Under the pieces are notes generated by a model. The model made no database searches, was not told the origin of the DNA, and saw only the letters and a list, made by a program, of their open reading frames with translations. Made by a program: the position numbers and the translations under genes. From Lama guanicoe (Eukaryota): a DNA stretch of 64,000 nucleotides. Shown one piece after another: positions 1-12,690 of this stretch. Numbering within the stretch: the first letter of the stretch is position 1; the number at the start of each line of letters is the position of its first letter. The stretch is from the NCBI GenBank assembly GCA_013239625.1, contig MU057340.1, forward strand, positions 2,667,289 through 2,731,288, written 5' to 3'.

Positions 1-4
1 TCCA

Positions 5-200
5 AGCACTTCCCTGCGTGCCAGCCCTTCATAGGCACTTATCATGTGATCCTCCCAATGTCCTCATGACCTAGTTTCTGTGGTACAGATGGAGGGACGG
101 AGCCTTGATCTCTCTGAATGACTTGGCCAAAGCCCCACCACTGGTGGAACTCAGATTCAACCCCCAGCAGCCTGAGTGTGCAGCCTTACTCTCGGCTGCT
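5..200 (-). mobile_element. MIR SINE (degenerate)
   Basis: tacagatggagggacggag...tgacttggccaaag...ggtggaactcagattcaaccc resembles the reverse MIR core. Confidence 0.6.
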
Positions 201-439
201 ACACACACTTGAGACCAAAACACCCCGAACCACTACATTAACCCATCAACCCTTGACCATGGTTCCAATATCATTGTCTCCAATAACCAGTGTGACTCAG
301 TAGAAATGTAAATCCAAGTGATATGGTCTGGCAGTAATTGTTTAAAGGGCACAAGAGTGTTTCTTGAATGTACCCAGGAGGAATGTGTCAGTGATGCTCT
401 GCATGGAGCACCTTCCCAGGTGGCCTCCTGGCTTCCCTC

Positions 440-720
440 CTCAGCCCCTGAGCTCTCCGTTCAGTGTCACTTCTTCAGAGAGGCTTTCCCTGACAGCCTA
501 TCCAACCTGAAACAGCCCCCCTTCCCTGCATGGCTGTTTCTGAGAGCACTTATCACTACCGGGCATAGCGTGTGTTTGGGTATTTGCTGATGACCTGCCT
601 TCACCGCTGGAATGTAACCTCCATGAAAGATCCTTGATTTTGTTCACCCCTCAAGCTCCAGTGCCTTGAAAGCACCTGGCACAGAGCATATGCTTAGAGT
701 ATCTGGTAGGAAAGAAGCAA
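440..720 (+). mobile_element. L2 LINE 3' end
   Basis: gtcacttcttcagagaggctttccctgac...gaatgtaacctccatga...cacctggcacagag is the typical L2 3' terminus. Confidence 0.7.
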
Positions 721-2449
721 ATCAATCTCTGGGTAACAGAAAAACTGCTGCTTTGTATTTTCATCTTTTCGCTTAGCTGTAATTTCCAAATTTTTAGCAG
801 TAAAATTGTATCCTTTTTTATAATATGAAAGTAAAGTTCTGTATAATGTCTTTCTTTAGAGAAAACTACCCTATTATTACATCAACTCCAAGATAGAGAT
901 TATGGCTGCTTTTGGTCACTGGGAGCGGAGAGGCATGAAAACCATGGCTAAATTAATCCTCTGGTGCCCTCAGATGACAGGTCAGCATGTGCAGCCACGG
1001 GCAGAACCTCACCCCAGGCTTCCCTGGCCAGCTCAGCTGCTCCTAACGGCCCTCTGCCTTCAGTGGACAGCGGTCCTCCCTACGTGGCACAGCCCGGGGC
1101 CAACAGCCACCTTCTTAATCCTCACAGCACCCACATCCCTGGAAGGACAGGAAAGGCAGTTTCTCTTCATCACCGTATTGCTCTGTCTCACAGGGGCCAG
1201 AAATGTCAGGAGGGAACAGAGCTCAGAACTGCCTCCTGTGGGGACACCCATATGCCTCCCCTGAGCTCAGATCAAGAGAGCCACTGGAGAGAAACCACTG
1301 GAACTTCAGCTGAGTGGTCTGAATGCCAGACACCTTCAGATGCAGCTTTTAGTCATCTTCTCTTTGCCCTAACCCAATCGCACCCTGAGATAAGATCTTC
1401 AATATTTACTTTGTTCTTCTATCCATTGTGTTAGAACCTGTGTCGCTCCTATTAACCATACTTCATCAAAGCAATGACTGAGACAGTGCTATTAGCATAA
1501 AGTTTAGACAGGTTAATGACTGCCTTCCCTTGAGAGCTGAGCTCTACAGCACAGGAAGTCCCCGCCCCACTTTGGGTGAGAAGGTGCAGCCTGGGGTCAG
1601 GCCAGTCTCCAGACTGAGTTTGCTGCGACAAGGGCCATATGGCTTCCACCGTGTGACAGTGGGGGTTCCCTCTGTGCCAGTCCCTGTAGCTCACTCCTAT
1701 CCCTCTCCCCAGATGGCTAGAGAGTTGAAGGTCATTCCTCAGGCAGAGCCAACAGGTCCTCCTGGACTACAGTGAAAGAAGCTCTAGGCTGAAGGTCAAG
1801 AAAGATACCATGAGCATCACCAATATGCTCCCTTCCTCCTCCTCCACTGCACGGTGAGCCCTACATCCCCAGCTGAAGCTCTAGCTTCTCATCTGGCTGC
1901 GTTCCCACTGCCTGACACCAGCCGGGCAGTGCTGGTCATATGTTTGCTGTATTAGGTTTGGGCTCCGCCCTTCTAACAAGGTATTAACTACAAAGGGCGG
2001 GGTCTGTAGGTAAGTGGGGATAAGACGCTGGATGCTGTCAGGTTCTCAATGCACATTATCTCATCACATCCTCACGCTTGTGGGGAGAATGCTGGCGTCA
2101 TTATCTTCATCATACAGACAATGAAGCAGAGGTTCAGACATAGTGAACAGAATGCCATCAGCAGGAAAATAAGGGTCAGAGTTCTGCTCAAGGTGGAAGA
2201 TGGTCTGATGTCAACGGTCCAGCCTGTGACCACCAAGCAGCTTCCAGCAATCCCTTCTCCCAGGTCCACTTTTCTCTATGAAATACAGCATCAGGACTGG
2301 GTAGCTTACCCACTGACCAAGCACTGACCATCTGCTACACGCATGGCCCACGGATCAAACCCTGAGCTACATCCTTAAGTACATGTCCCGGTGGCCCCAA
2401 ATTCCCTAAGCTCTTATTTCACGTCCAGCCTTGACTGTTGTCCACGCAT

Positions 2450-2600
2450 TCACTCACAGCCTTCACAATAACCACAGCACAAGTACATTATCCCATTTTA
2501 TTGATGAGGGAATGGACTGGGCTTCTCCAAAGATACATGGCTAGGAGGTGGCAGAGCTGGGGTCTGAACCCAGGTGGTCAGGGTCCAGACTCTGTGTCTG
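2450..2600 (-). mobile_element. MIR SINE
   Basis: attatcccatttttattgatgagggaat...ggtggcagagctggggtctgaacccagg. Confidence 0.65.
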
Positions 2601-2720
2601 AACCAGAATTCTAAGGCTGCCGTTCAATCACAGCACCCCCTACCCCACCCCACCAACAGCAGAAACACGAGCACAAGCCCTTCACTTGGTGTGCACTGTG
2701 GTTCCATAATGACTCCGTTG

Positions 2721-3238
2721 TTTTTTTTTTTAATTCAAGTAGAGTTGATTTACATCGTGGTGTTAGTTTCTGGCGCACAGCATAGTGATTCAGTTATACA
2801 CATACATATTCTTTTTCATTATAGGTTATTACAAGCTACTGAATATAGTTCCCTGGGCTCTACGGTAGGACCCTGTTTAACTATCTGTGTGTAGTAGTCT
2901 GTATCTGCTAATCTCAAACTCCTGATTTACATCCCCCACCCTTCCTCTTTGGTTAATCATAAGTATGTTTTCTATGTCTGTGACTCTGTTTCTGCTTTGT
3001 AAATAAGTTCATTGGTCTCATTTTTTTAGATTTCACATATAAGTGACATCATATGATATTTGTCTTTGTCTGACTTACTTCACTTAGTATGATCATCTCT
3101 AGGTCCATCCATGTCACTGCAAATGGCATTATTTCATTCCTTTTTATGGCTGAGCAGTATTCCATTGTGTACGTATATACATATGTATACACCATATCTT
3201 CTTCATCCAGTCATCTCCTGATGGACATTTAGGCTGCT
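2721..3238 (-). mobile_element. Young L1 3' end (cetartiodactyl-type 3' UTR), 5' truncated
   Basis: Poly-T at 2721, then the reverse complement of the L1 3' UTR (gttgatttac...gaatatagttccctg...aaataagttcatt) and the ORF2 end (gacttacttcacttagtatgat...gatggacatttaggctgct). Confidence 0.9.
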
Positions 3239-4559
3239 GAACGTCCAAAAGCAAAGTAGGGACAGAAAATGAGACTGCAGTGGGATGATGTCTGTAGTCC
3301 GAGCAGTGAGGCAGCCCAGCCCCTCTTACTCCTGTGTGGAACTGAACCCCTCTTTCCTTTGTTTCTAAGCTCAGCACAGAGCTTCAGACCCCCCTCCACG
3401 ACATATGCTCCATGCTCAGTCTTCTTCTGAGATAGAGAACAGGAAAACAAAACTAGCAGCTGATCTTCATTTAGGCAGCCTAATTTTAGAAGCTGGGGAT
3501 CTGCAAAGCCAAAAGCACAGCTTAGAGGAAAATCCCTCCAAACCCCACAAACCTCTGAACCTGAAAAACCTTTTCAACAACCCAGAGTCAGTTACATCCC
3601 CCGGGTTCCGCCAAAACAGCTCTAATGCTAAAGTGTTTCTGAATTTTGAAATCCCCGGCTCTCGAATGCTTCTACTGGAATAACGTGTCAGTGAAAGCAG
3701 GTAGAGGATGAAGCGGCAAAGACAAGGGAGTCACTGCGGGAAGGCATATGTGATGTGGTCGCTGCGGAACGTCTATTGAATCAATACCATATGTAAGCTG
3801 ATCGCACCACTGTATACACAGACCTCATTAAGGCAAATTAGAGCAAGTGGGATCTGTCGCCTTCCAATGGAAACAAACACGTCTAATTTCATCATGTCCC
3901 ACCTCCGATCTGCAAAACAAACAGTAAAGCCCTCACAAGTTCCCAAGGCCAGCCTGGCGATTCCTGTCCCTGAGAGCCGCTGTTCTTCCACTGTTTCTCC
4001 CCCAGTGGCTGGTGGGGAATGGCATCCCCACCCCTGCTGAGGGACACACACTCTCATTTTTTAAAATGAAAAAAGCCACGTGCTCCTTGCAGGATCAGTC
4101 ATGAGTCCAAATGCATTAAGAGTGGGGAGGTCCCTGCCTTTTTGGCCAGAACTCTTCATTCAGAACAATCCCTAATAGAGTGTAGCTGGTTAGAATTTTT
4201 TCTTTTTAATCCTACATCCATTTTTATCATTAGCCATGAAGAAATTAGAGTAAATTATCTTATTATGGAATGTTAGTTTCCAGAAAGTGTAGTAAAGCAA
4301 AAGCATTTCTCTTCTGAGTAACACAGCAGTTGATTTTTTAGGGATTGCTAAAATATTCAGGAAACCCCCCAAGCTGGTGCGTGACAGGTGCGGTGATTCC
4401 GAACTGAGGGTGTGACCACCGCTATCGTGATCAAAGTTTCAGGACAGCAGTTGACCCAGTGTGTGGCCAGGAGAGGGAGGCGTGCATTCAGTGGGACAAC
4501 CACTTATTGAGAACCTGCTGTTTGCCACTCTCCCAGCTGCATATAGGGTTTAAAAGAAA

Positions 4560-4740
4560 AATGGAGGATATTTTGCCCACACCTTTCAAGAGCTTGGAGC
4601 CTGGCAGCCGAGACAGGTGAAGCGTGGAAAGGCTTCTTATGGGAGACAGTGCTCGAGTCTTGAAAAAGATGATAAATAAAGGTTAGCCAGAAAAATGGAG
4701 GGCATTCCAGACTCAGGACAAAAACATGCCAATGTATAAG
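4560..4740 (-). mobile_element. L2 fragment
   Basis: ggaaaggcttctt...gagtcttgaaaaagatga...gagggcattccagac resembles the reverse L2 3' region. Confidence 0.45.
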
Positions 4741-4796
4741 GGTGTCCATGAACAGCATGCGGGGCCAGGCTCGTTCCCAGGCATGGCAGCGTTTAA

Positions 4797-5190
4797 AATG
4801 GTATCACTTATATGCGGAGTCAAAAAAATGACACAAATGAACTTACAAGACAGAAACAGACTCACAGACATAGAAAACAATCTTATGGCTACCAAAAGGG
4901 AAAGGTGGGGGAGGGATGAATTAAGAGTTTGGGATTAGCAGATAAACACTACAATACATAAAACAGAACAATAAGGTTCTACTGTATAATGTATAGCATA
5001 GGGAACTATATTCAACATCTTCTAATAACCTATAATGAAAAAATATGAAAAAGACTATCCATACATATCCATAAATATATATATATATGTATAACTGAGT
5101 CACTATGCTGTACACCAGAAACTAAACACAACAATGTAAATCAACTAAACTTCAATAAAAAAAATAATATCAAATCAAATCAAATCAAAC
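4797..5190 (+). mobile_element. Young L1 3' end with A-rich tail decaying into (ATCAA)n
   Basis: tatcacttatatgcggagtc...gactcacagacatagaaaac...gggaactatattcaa...aacttcaataaaaaaaataatatcaaatcaaatcaaatcaaac. Confidence 0.9.
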
Positions 5191-5294
5191 CAAACGGGGA
5201 CAGAAAGTGTCACATTCCAGAAGCTTTGCCCATTGAACCCTCAGGGGAAGAAAGTTTAAGTCAGGTTTAGGATGACTGTGGAAATCCAAACTGT

Positions 5295-5735
5295 AACTTG
5301 ACCAGGGTCTTGGGTCATTGTACCTATTTTATCTGCTTGTTCGGAATCTCTTCAGGGATCCTCCCCTACCATGAAATTCTGGCGCGACCTAGGTCACCCA
5401 GGCCTGGCCAATCAGGACGTCCCTGGGCACTGTCACTGGATCACAGAGAGGCATACACTGCAAGCCCAGCCAATGAGAACACTCTTAAAGAGCATTGCCA
5501 GAAACCTAGAGCCTCCTGGGGCCATTTCTGCCACCACCTGGCTATGATGACCCAAGAATGAAGCCAACGCAGACGGCAGGATGGCTGAGGTTCTTGAGGA
5601 CAGTTCCCATGTCTGTATCCAGCAGTGTCAGCTCAGGTGCATCTTCTGAACTCTCTTGATTACGTGGGTCCCAAATTCCATTTCTGTTTCAGGTTTATTT
5701 TGCCTCTTGCAATCAAGAGATTACTGACAAATACA
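5295..5735 (+). mobile_element. Ancient ERVL/MaLR-type solo LTR (MLT1K/L- or LTR16-like)
   Basis: gaatgaagccaac... motif and terminal cttgcaatcaagagattactgacaaataca, resembling old ERVL/MaLR LTR ends; subfamily uncertain. Confidence 0.5.
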
Positions 5736-6039
5736 TGGATTTCCTGCTAAGCCTCCAAGTATTGATAATATAGGTGTCTGTGTACTGACAAAAAGGTCAA
5801 TTTGGGAACTTCAAGTTTAAAGCACTCAGATGATGTAATAAACATGTATGAAAATACTTTCTCATCTCTCAAGCACTGTACAAATATTAGTTTCACTATC
5901 AGTGGTGAGATTAATAATTAATCAATAGTATGTTACACATAAATATTAATAATAACTAGTCAGTACAGTTTCCATTCTTATATCAACATTCTAAATGTGG
6001 AGCCTTTAAACTGTAATTAACACATGTTCATGTAGTGCT

Positions 6040-6250
6040 GACTTGGCACCAGCCATGTTTCTACAGAGATCACTTAGCTTACTTAATCCCCATAAACAAT
6101 CCACATGAAATGGGCACTACGATTACCTCCCCAATTTTACAGATGAAGAAACTCAGGCATTGAAAGATGAAGACATGCCAAGGTCACACAGGTACGAAGT
6201 GGTGGAGCAGGAATTTGAACTTGAGCAGCCTGGCTCTACAAGCACTGCCT
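6040..6250 (-). mobile_element. MIR SINE
   Basis: ttttacagatgaagaaactcaggc...ccaaggtcacacagg...gtggtggagcaggaatttgaac. Confidence 0.85.
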
Positions 6251-7356
6251 TTCATCATCCTCCATCTCCTGAGCACCAATGTTTGAACTCTCTTTAAACT
6301 GATGTTCCTCAACAAATAGCCTGCAGCAAAGCCACTGACACTCCCTAGATCCACATTAACATGTGGCTACTGTCTTTCCAAAATCCGGTCCTTGCTGGCT
6401 GTTTTCCTCAGTAAATGCATTATCCAGTCATCCTTAGGTTCCTTCCTTGGGAATCATTATGACATCTCCTCCCTCGCCTGCCTCCCTGGTCCACCAGCAA
6501 CCCCATCATGTCAGCTCCACCTGACATGGGTCTCAAACCCTCCCCTTCTCCCTGGCTTCATGCATATGTCTTTCAATAATTCTGCACAAGTTAACTAAAC
6601 TCTCACCCAGCTTCCATATGACCCCCTTCACAAGCATCCAGCATGTTTCAGTTTTCTCTGAAAATACAGATCTCATCTAATCACCCTCCTGCTTTAAACC
6701 CTCATCAGCTGTCACTGTTACAGAACAAAACAGAACTCCCTGGTTTTACATTGAAAACTCTTCACAGGTTCCCCAACCTACCTTTTCTGTCTCATCTCCT
6801 CTTAGGATAAGCTCTGGAGGGGATTTCATGCTGTGAAGTCCATCTTTGGGGACCTCTCTTGTTTTCCTTAACTTACTTAATTTACTCCCTCATATCTTGA
6901 TAATTACATACTCCACTTAAAATTAATAAAATGAAATTTCTTTTAAAATATTCCAGTAATTTAAATCCACTCTCTCTGACTACTTTGCTACCATTATTCT
7001 GAATTAGTGGCCCTTTCATGAAAAGAAATAATTATCTTCTATATAAGCAGGGGTAAAATGCAGATTGCCAAAAATTTACTGGTTTGGGTCCAGGAAAGAG
7101 GTTTCTTAAGGTCAGAATCCCGAAATAGTCTTCTGGGAGTTTATAAAAATCTCTGCAAGTTTTCAAACACCAGTTGCAAAGCTAAAAGTAGTGAGGGCTG
7201 GGGGCGGAGGAGGGAGGGGGCTTGCAAACATTCTGGCTAGGAAGCGGGTAGGCGACTGAAGGTCTCAGCTGGCCAACCAGGAAACTTCAAAGTCTCAGGC
7301 ACCTTTCCGCACTGATCATGAGAGGGAAAACCAGTTTCCTACACGACCTTATAGAT

Positions 7357-7569
7357 CAGGGTTTCTGAACCACCGCACAATTGACATTCAGGGGTATGTA
7401 CTTCTCTGCCGTGGGGGCCGGCCTGTGCACTGCAGGATGTTCAGTGGCATCCCTGGCCTCTCTCTACTAGATGTCAAAAGCTCCTCCTCAGTTGTGACAA
7501 CCAAAAATGTCTCCAGATGTTGCCAAGTGTGGCCTGGGGGGCAAAACTGCAGGCCGTTGGGAATCAGTG
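7357..7569 (-). mobile_element. MER20 (hAT-Charlie MITE), near full length
   Basis: cagggtttctgaac...tgtgcactgcaggatgttcagtggcatccctggcctc...gttgtgacaaccaaaaatgtctccaga matches the reverse MER20 consensus. Confidence 0.88.
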
Positions 7570-10500
7570 CTGTTAATACCCAGGCTCACAGGTCAGCACC
7601 ACGCCTCCTGAACTGTATTTTCTTCCTCCTCCTCCATCACGATACAAATCAAAACACCTTTGACTACACATAAGTCAAAACCACACCAACAATGACACAC
7701 ATTTTCTGGAAGATACTAAAGGGACTGCTTCTGACAAGCAGCCAAACACTTATTGCTGCCCCTGCAAACACTGAAACAAAGGCACAAGCAGACAGATAGG
7801 AGGAACACATTTGTTTCTTGCTCAAGTTAATAAGAAAGCACCTTTCTGCTTCATCTCTCTCCTGTCTTTCAGCAGCACTGGGGTGCCACTGACAGACCAA
7901 TAGCTGACCCTGGGAAAGTCACCTGCTGAGCCCCTGCCAGGGCGGGACTGGGACACTTTAGGTGCAGTGCCAACACCTCGGGTAACGCGGGTACACAAAC
8001 ACGTGAACAGTGCAGGTGCAACTTAATTTCAAGGTCCATTAGCAGCACAAAGGGAGGGAAACTGCACTTTCAAACGTAGGCCCTGCAACTCAGCAGGGAC
8101 ATTTTTCATTTTCAACCTTCAAATGCTAGGGATAACAAGTATGGTTTTTCGTTTGCGAGCAACATCCAAGTTCAAATACACTGCACGTCAACCCCAAGTA
8201 CAAGACTCCGTTGCACGTTGAGACTGACGTTTGGAAAACGCAAGGCTGTCTGACGGTCAATTTGGACTCAGTCTCAGAAAACATCCTCTCAACGGGGTGC
8301 CTGCATTTTTGTTTTTGTGACTGTGTTTCCCGAGTCACCTGGCAATTGTAAGCAATCACAACACAGGGGATGCTATCATCATGTTCTGCCTCTTAGTGAA
8401 AGCTGGCCAGTTATTCAGCTGATGTTGAACAACAATATATTCTTGAGAGTGTAAATAAATACATGCCCAAGCGCATGCACTCACGTGTGCCCACGCTCCT
8501 CCCTCCCCTCCCCCACCACAGAGAGATAGGCAACGTCCCCATCCCCACAAACGATTACAATCTAGAGTTGTAACCATCACTCCGTAAAGGCTCTACAGCA
8601 TCAAGTCATCCATGGGAAGATGAGTCACGAGAGACAAAAACGGGGTCATATTTCTTCCGTGGTGTCTTCTGGGGTCTGAGAAAGGGCAAGGAAATACCAA
8701 GTCGCACTTCCAAGCAAATCCCTACACGTATAAATGCAGAGGAGGAGTTATGAGGAGGCACTCCCTGCAGACGTGAAACAGATGCTCTCCCCTCCAGCAT
8801 GATCCAATCCAAGTGGACAGCATTTACTGACTACCTTCAACAACCAGGCTTTACCCGAGACACTGTGGGCAAAACGAGGATAAAGGCGGACACTCTCAGT
8901 CCTCAGGAGGCAAGGATGTTCACTGTTGCACACCTGGACTCTTTACCTTTCGTCCACATCAGTACATGGCCAAGAGTGGCAGATCCAATCCTGTTCACTC
9001 TGCTTCATAACTTAAGATCACAAATCCGGAGAAAAGCAGAATTGGTCGCTCTAAAACACTAACGCATCATTCTGAAAGAAGATGATTTTGACAAAGGCGC
9101 ACTCAAGTTCTTTCAGGGATTAAACCTGGAGAAATCATGATGGGTTGAAAGGTGTTTTGTTTTTTTTTCCCCCAACCTGTTTCTTCATTTTTTTGATTCC
9201 CCTTCCTCTTCCATAAGATCAACAGGCCTCAAAATATGCAGTTCAATATTGATTCTTGATTTTCATAAAGTTCATTTCCACGTAAATTTCTCTAGGGGAA
9301 CATTCATTTCCACATAATAAAAGAGCCCAACAGGAATAAATTCGGAAAGGAAAGCCATTCTGGATGAAAGCCACACAGAACACAGCTAAGGGAGAAAGGA
9401 AAGGGGACATACACACAAACGCACACACACACATCCCCTAAAGAAAATAAATTCAGGGAATTCTTCTTCAACTGCCATGGTACCCAATTTAGATGCAGTT
9501 TATAGCCAACTGGAAGATACATCAGCGAGCAATAAGACACAACAATAAGCAACCAGAAGCATCACTAAGCATACGACAGCAGAGCAAGCAGTAAAGACAC
9601 ACCAGGGAGAACATTTCTGGGCAATTACCACATGTCTTAATGCAGAAAGGGAAAAAGAAAAACCCCACTCGACTAGGACTGGAACTTTGTAAAAACAAGC
9701 TCTCTCACAACTCAAGAGCTACTCCTGCTACAAGAGGGGTGTGAGGATGACCAGCATGGCCCCGGATCAGGGAAAAGGCAAAAAAGCAGTGACAGCTTGA
9801 CAGTGAGCTAGGACCAGGGACTTAAGTGCCTGTCCTTCCTTCTGGCACCCTCATCTGCAGACATGGCAAATAAAAAATATACATTGGCTATTTCACAAGA
9901 TATAAAGGACCCTTCAACCTCTGGGGGAAATGAAGGAGGATGCCCACATTCTTCACATCATGTCTGTGTTCACTGTGGCCAACAGTGTCTGGCGAGGGGA
10001 TGAATGTGCACACACACGCACAGAGGGACTGGTTTTGTTGTTTGCTTGTTTGCCTTTGAATATACAGGTCAGCCAAAGGAACAGACACTTAGACATAAAG
10101 AACTTTCTTATCAGACAGAGTATTAAATATTCCAGGGAACTGTCAGCTCTCTAGGTACCTCCTAAGAAAATGGTAGCACATTTCTTCTAGACTCACCCAT
10201 TTGGGATGACGTACAAATGGAAGCAAGAAAGAAGGAGCAACGCCATCTCTCCTTTACAAGGTACTGGGGGGTCTTTAGCTGAGCTAGGGGATTCCAGTAC
10301 CAAAGGTCCCCCTCCCCAAATACTTACACTCATAAAACCACCTAGTTCTCTGAGATGTTGAGAAGATTAAATGAAATCACATGCCTTCAAGGGTCAGGAA
10401 ATGCACTGGGATTTACTGGATGGTTGCTGGTTGATAGTTTCCTCTCCTTCTTTCCAACTTTTTTTTTTCTGGGTCACAATCCGTTTCTCATCTGTATCTC

Positions 10501-12525
10501 TATCAATTGCCTCCATTCTACCCAACTTCCATGTTCACCTCCGACTGTCAGAAGCCTTCCACAGTCACCCTCTGCTTCAGGTGACCACAGTTTATATTAC
10601 TTTATGCATGCATATTATCTTCCTGGTTGGCTAGTAAGAATCTCGAAAGTATGGAGTGTGACACACATGAAAGATGCAAACGAGTAAGAATGAGGCTAAT
10701 TATCCAAGGCATATGCTAAATGCGCTCCCTTTTCCCAAAAAAGAAAAAAACAAAAACAAATACAAAATACTCTGGTTCTAAAAATATTAGAAATACAGTA
10801 CCAATGGCACATACTTCTAAAGGAGCCCCACTCAGAGCCATTGACTTCGAGAATGTGCTCAGAGAGATGTGTTAACCAAGTGACCCAGTTCAATACACAG
10901 GGCTGGGATTCCACCTGCAGAAGTAGCCACCACTTCTCACCCATTTCATTCCCGCAGATCTACCCACAATTTGTTCCCTGGGACTTGCAGCCCTGGCAGG
11001 GAAGTCTCCCTGCGAGCCTGGCACACCAACGGCACAGGCAGAGCAGTGAGATCCCTTCTCAGGGAGGAGCAGGACAGCAGGCGTGTTGACACAGGCCCAA
11101 CGGGACAGAGGCAGTGGGAGGCAGCACTGTTGGAGGCAGCACTGTTAGATGCAGAGCGCCCCTCCCCACCCCCGGAAGTACGGTCACGCAGAACTGCCAT
11201 GCATCCAGATAGGACCTTTTCGCAGCACTCCCTACCAGGAACAGGGGTGGAGGAGTGCAGACTGGAGAGGCCTGGGCTCCACTTATTAATAAGCAGCTCG
11301 ACACAGTGGGAGGCTTTCTTGTCTCATTACAGAAGCTGTGGGAAACTGCAGTGAAGACTGGATTCATGGCCAAGGAGACACCTCTGTGTTGTAATTAAAA
11401 GTTATTTTTAATACCTTTGTTTGGTGGGATACTTTGGATTATTAGAAATCTATTTTGCAATTTAAAACTTGCTAAAGGGCAAAGAACACAGAAGAAAGGT
11501 GATACAATCAGCTTGCTTAACGTGAAACAATTAAATGTTTTGATGCTGGGAGGTAGGAATGGAAATGAATCTCTCTCCCACTTAAGTGTATGAATCTCCC
11601 ATGAGAAAGAGGGAGAAAGAAGCCTAAATGTATACGAAAGTAGAGTTTTAAATTTTCAAAAGTAATCCAGCTACTCATTTTATCCATTAACTAGAGTTTG
11701 GATACCACCCCACCAGGAGGATAGACAATGCATTCACAGCCATTCACCCAAACCACCTAGTCCTGATCCTCAGCTCTTCACTTTATCCCAGGTCCCCAGG
11801 AAATGACAGTGGTCATCCTAACAAGGGTGCGTCCTGGCTCAACCACAAAGGTCCAGAGGCCAACGCCAAGACAGTGTGACAGGAGATGGGGGGTTCCAAC
11901 GTGAACTGTGGACAATACACACAATGTGTGATTTGGGTTTTGTTTTTAAATTCATTTCTCTTCTTTCATCCAAGAGTCCAGAAGGGGCCAGACAAAAGGC
12001 AGTCCAGTGGGAACTGCATGGTGGTGTGCCTGAGTGACCATGATCAGGCAGGGACCACTAATTGCCCAAGTGCCATTTCCAGAATTTCTCTTTCCCCAGA
12101 TACACAAAGGAGGCACTTTCTGCAATGGTGGTGGTTCTTTAACAGCAGGGAGGAGAGAATCTATTATGTGAAACCAATTTGTGAAATTGATGAAAACGGG
12201 GCCGGGGAAGGGACTCTGCATGGCATGAGCTTCCCAGATTACCTCTGTATTTCCTTCATCCCTGCTAGGAATCTTCTCATTAAAAGTAATTCCAGGAGCT
12301 CATTATGTGAAATATGTCATAGAAACCACCAGATATTACACATCATGACGAGACCATAAAAGCATTTTATCATATTCAAAAAAAAATTTAAAATTAGTTT
12401 CACAGGGGCCCGACCGCATTTAGGGGATTATCTTATACCGGTAAGAACCACTGTGCTCCTACATTCTCCTCCCAGCTCAAAGCAGGCTTTGACTCCACAT
12501 TAGGGCATAGGATTGCGATTCTTAC

Positions 12526-12690
12526 CTGCCACGTTAATTTTCTCAAGTGCTACCAAGCTGGGAACAGCTGTGGTGGAGTTGGTCAAGTTGGTTCCGGTGC
12601 CATTGATTACAAGGTTGTCCACCTTTGACTCTAACTTGCCAATGCGCTGCAAAATGTTATCCAATAGCACAGCAAGAGTTTTCTTCAAAT
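12526..12690 (-). CDS. MGAT5: MGAT5 second coding exon (aa 81-135, stem region with N-glycosylation sequons N110/N115/N118)
   Basis: Acceptor ttttcttttacag|AT at 12691/12690 and donor GCAG|GTAAGA at 12526/12525; 165 nt, phase 1-1. Joined to the previous exon it reads (D)LKKTLAVLLDNILQRIGKLESKVDNLVINGTGTNLTNSTTAVPSLVALEKINVA, matching GnT-V. Confidence 0.98.

Larger units (their letters stand above)
1..12525 (-). other. MGAT5: MGAT5 intron after coding exon 2 (continues beyond window)
   Basis: GTAAG donor at 12525; no further GnT-V coding sequence (expected DIING...) recognised in 1-12525. Confidence 0.85.
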
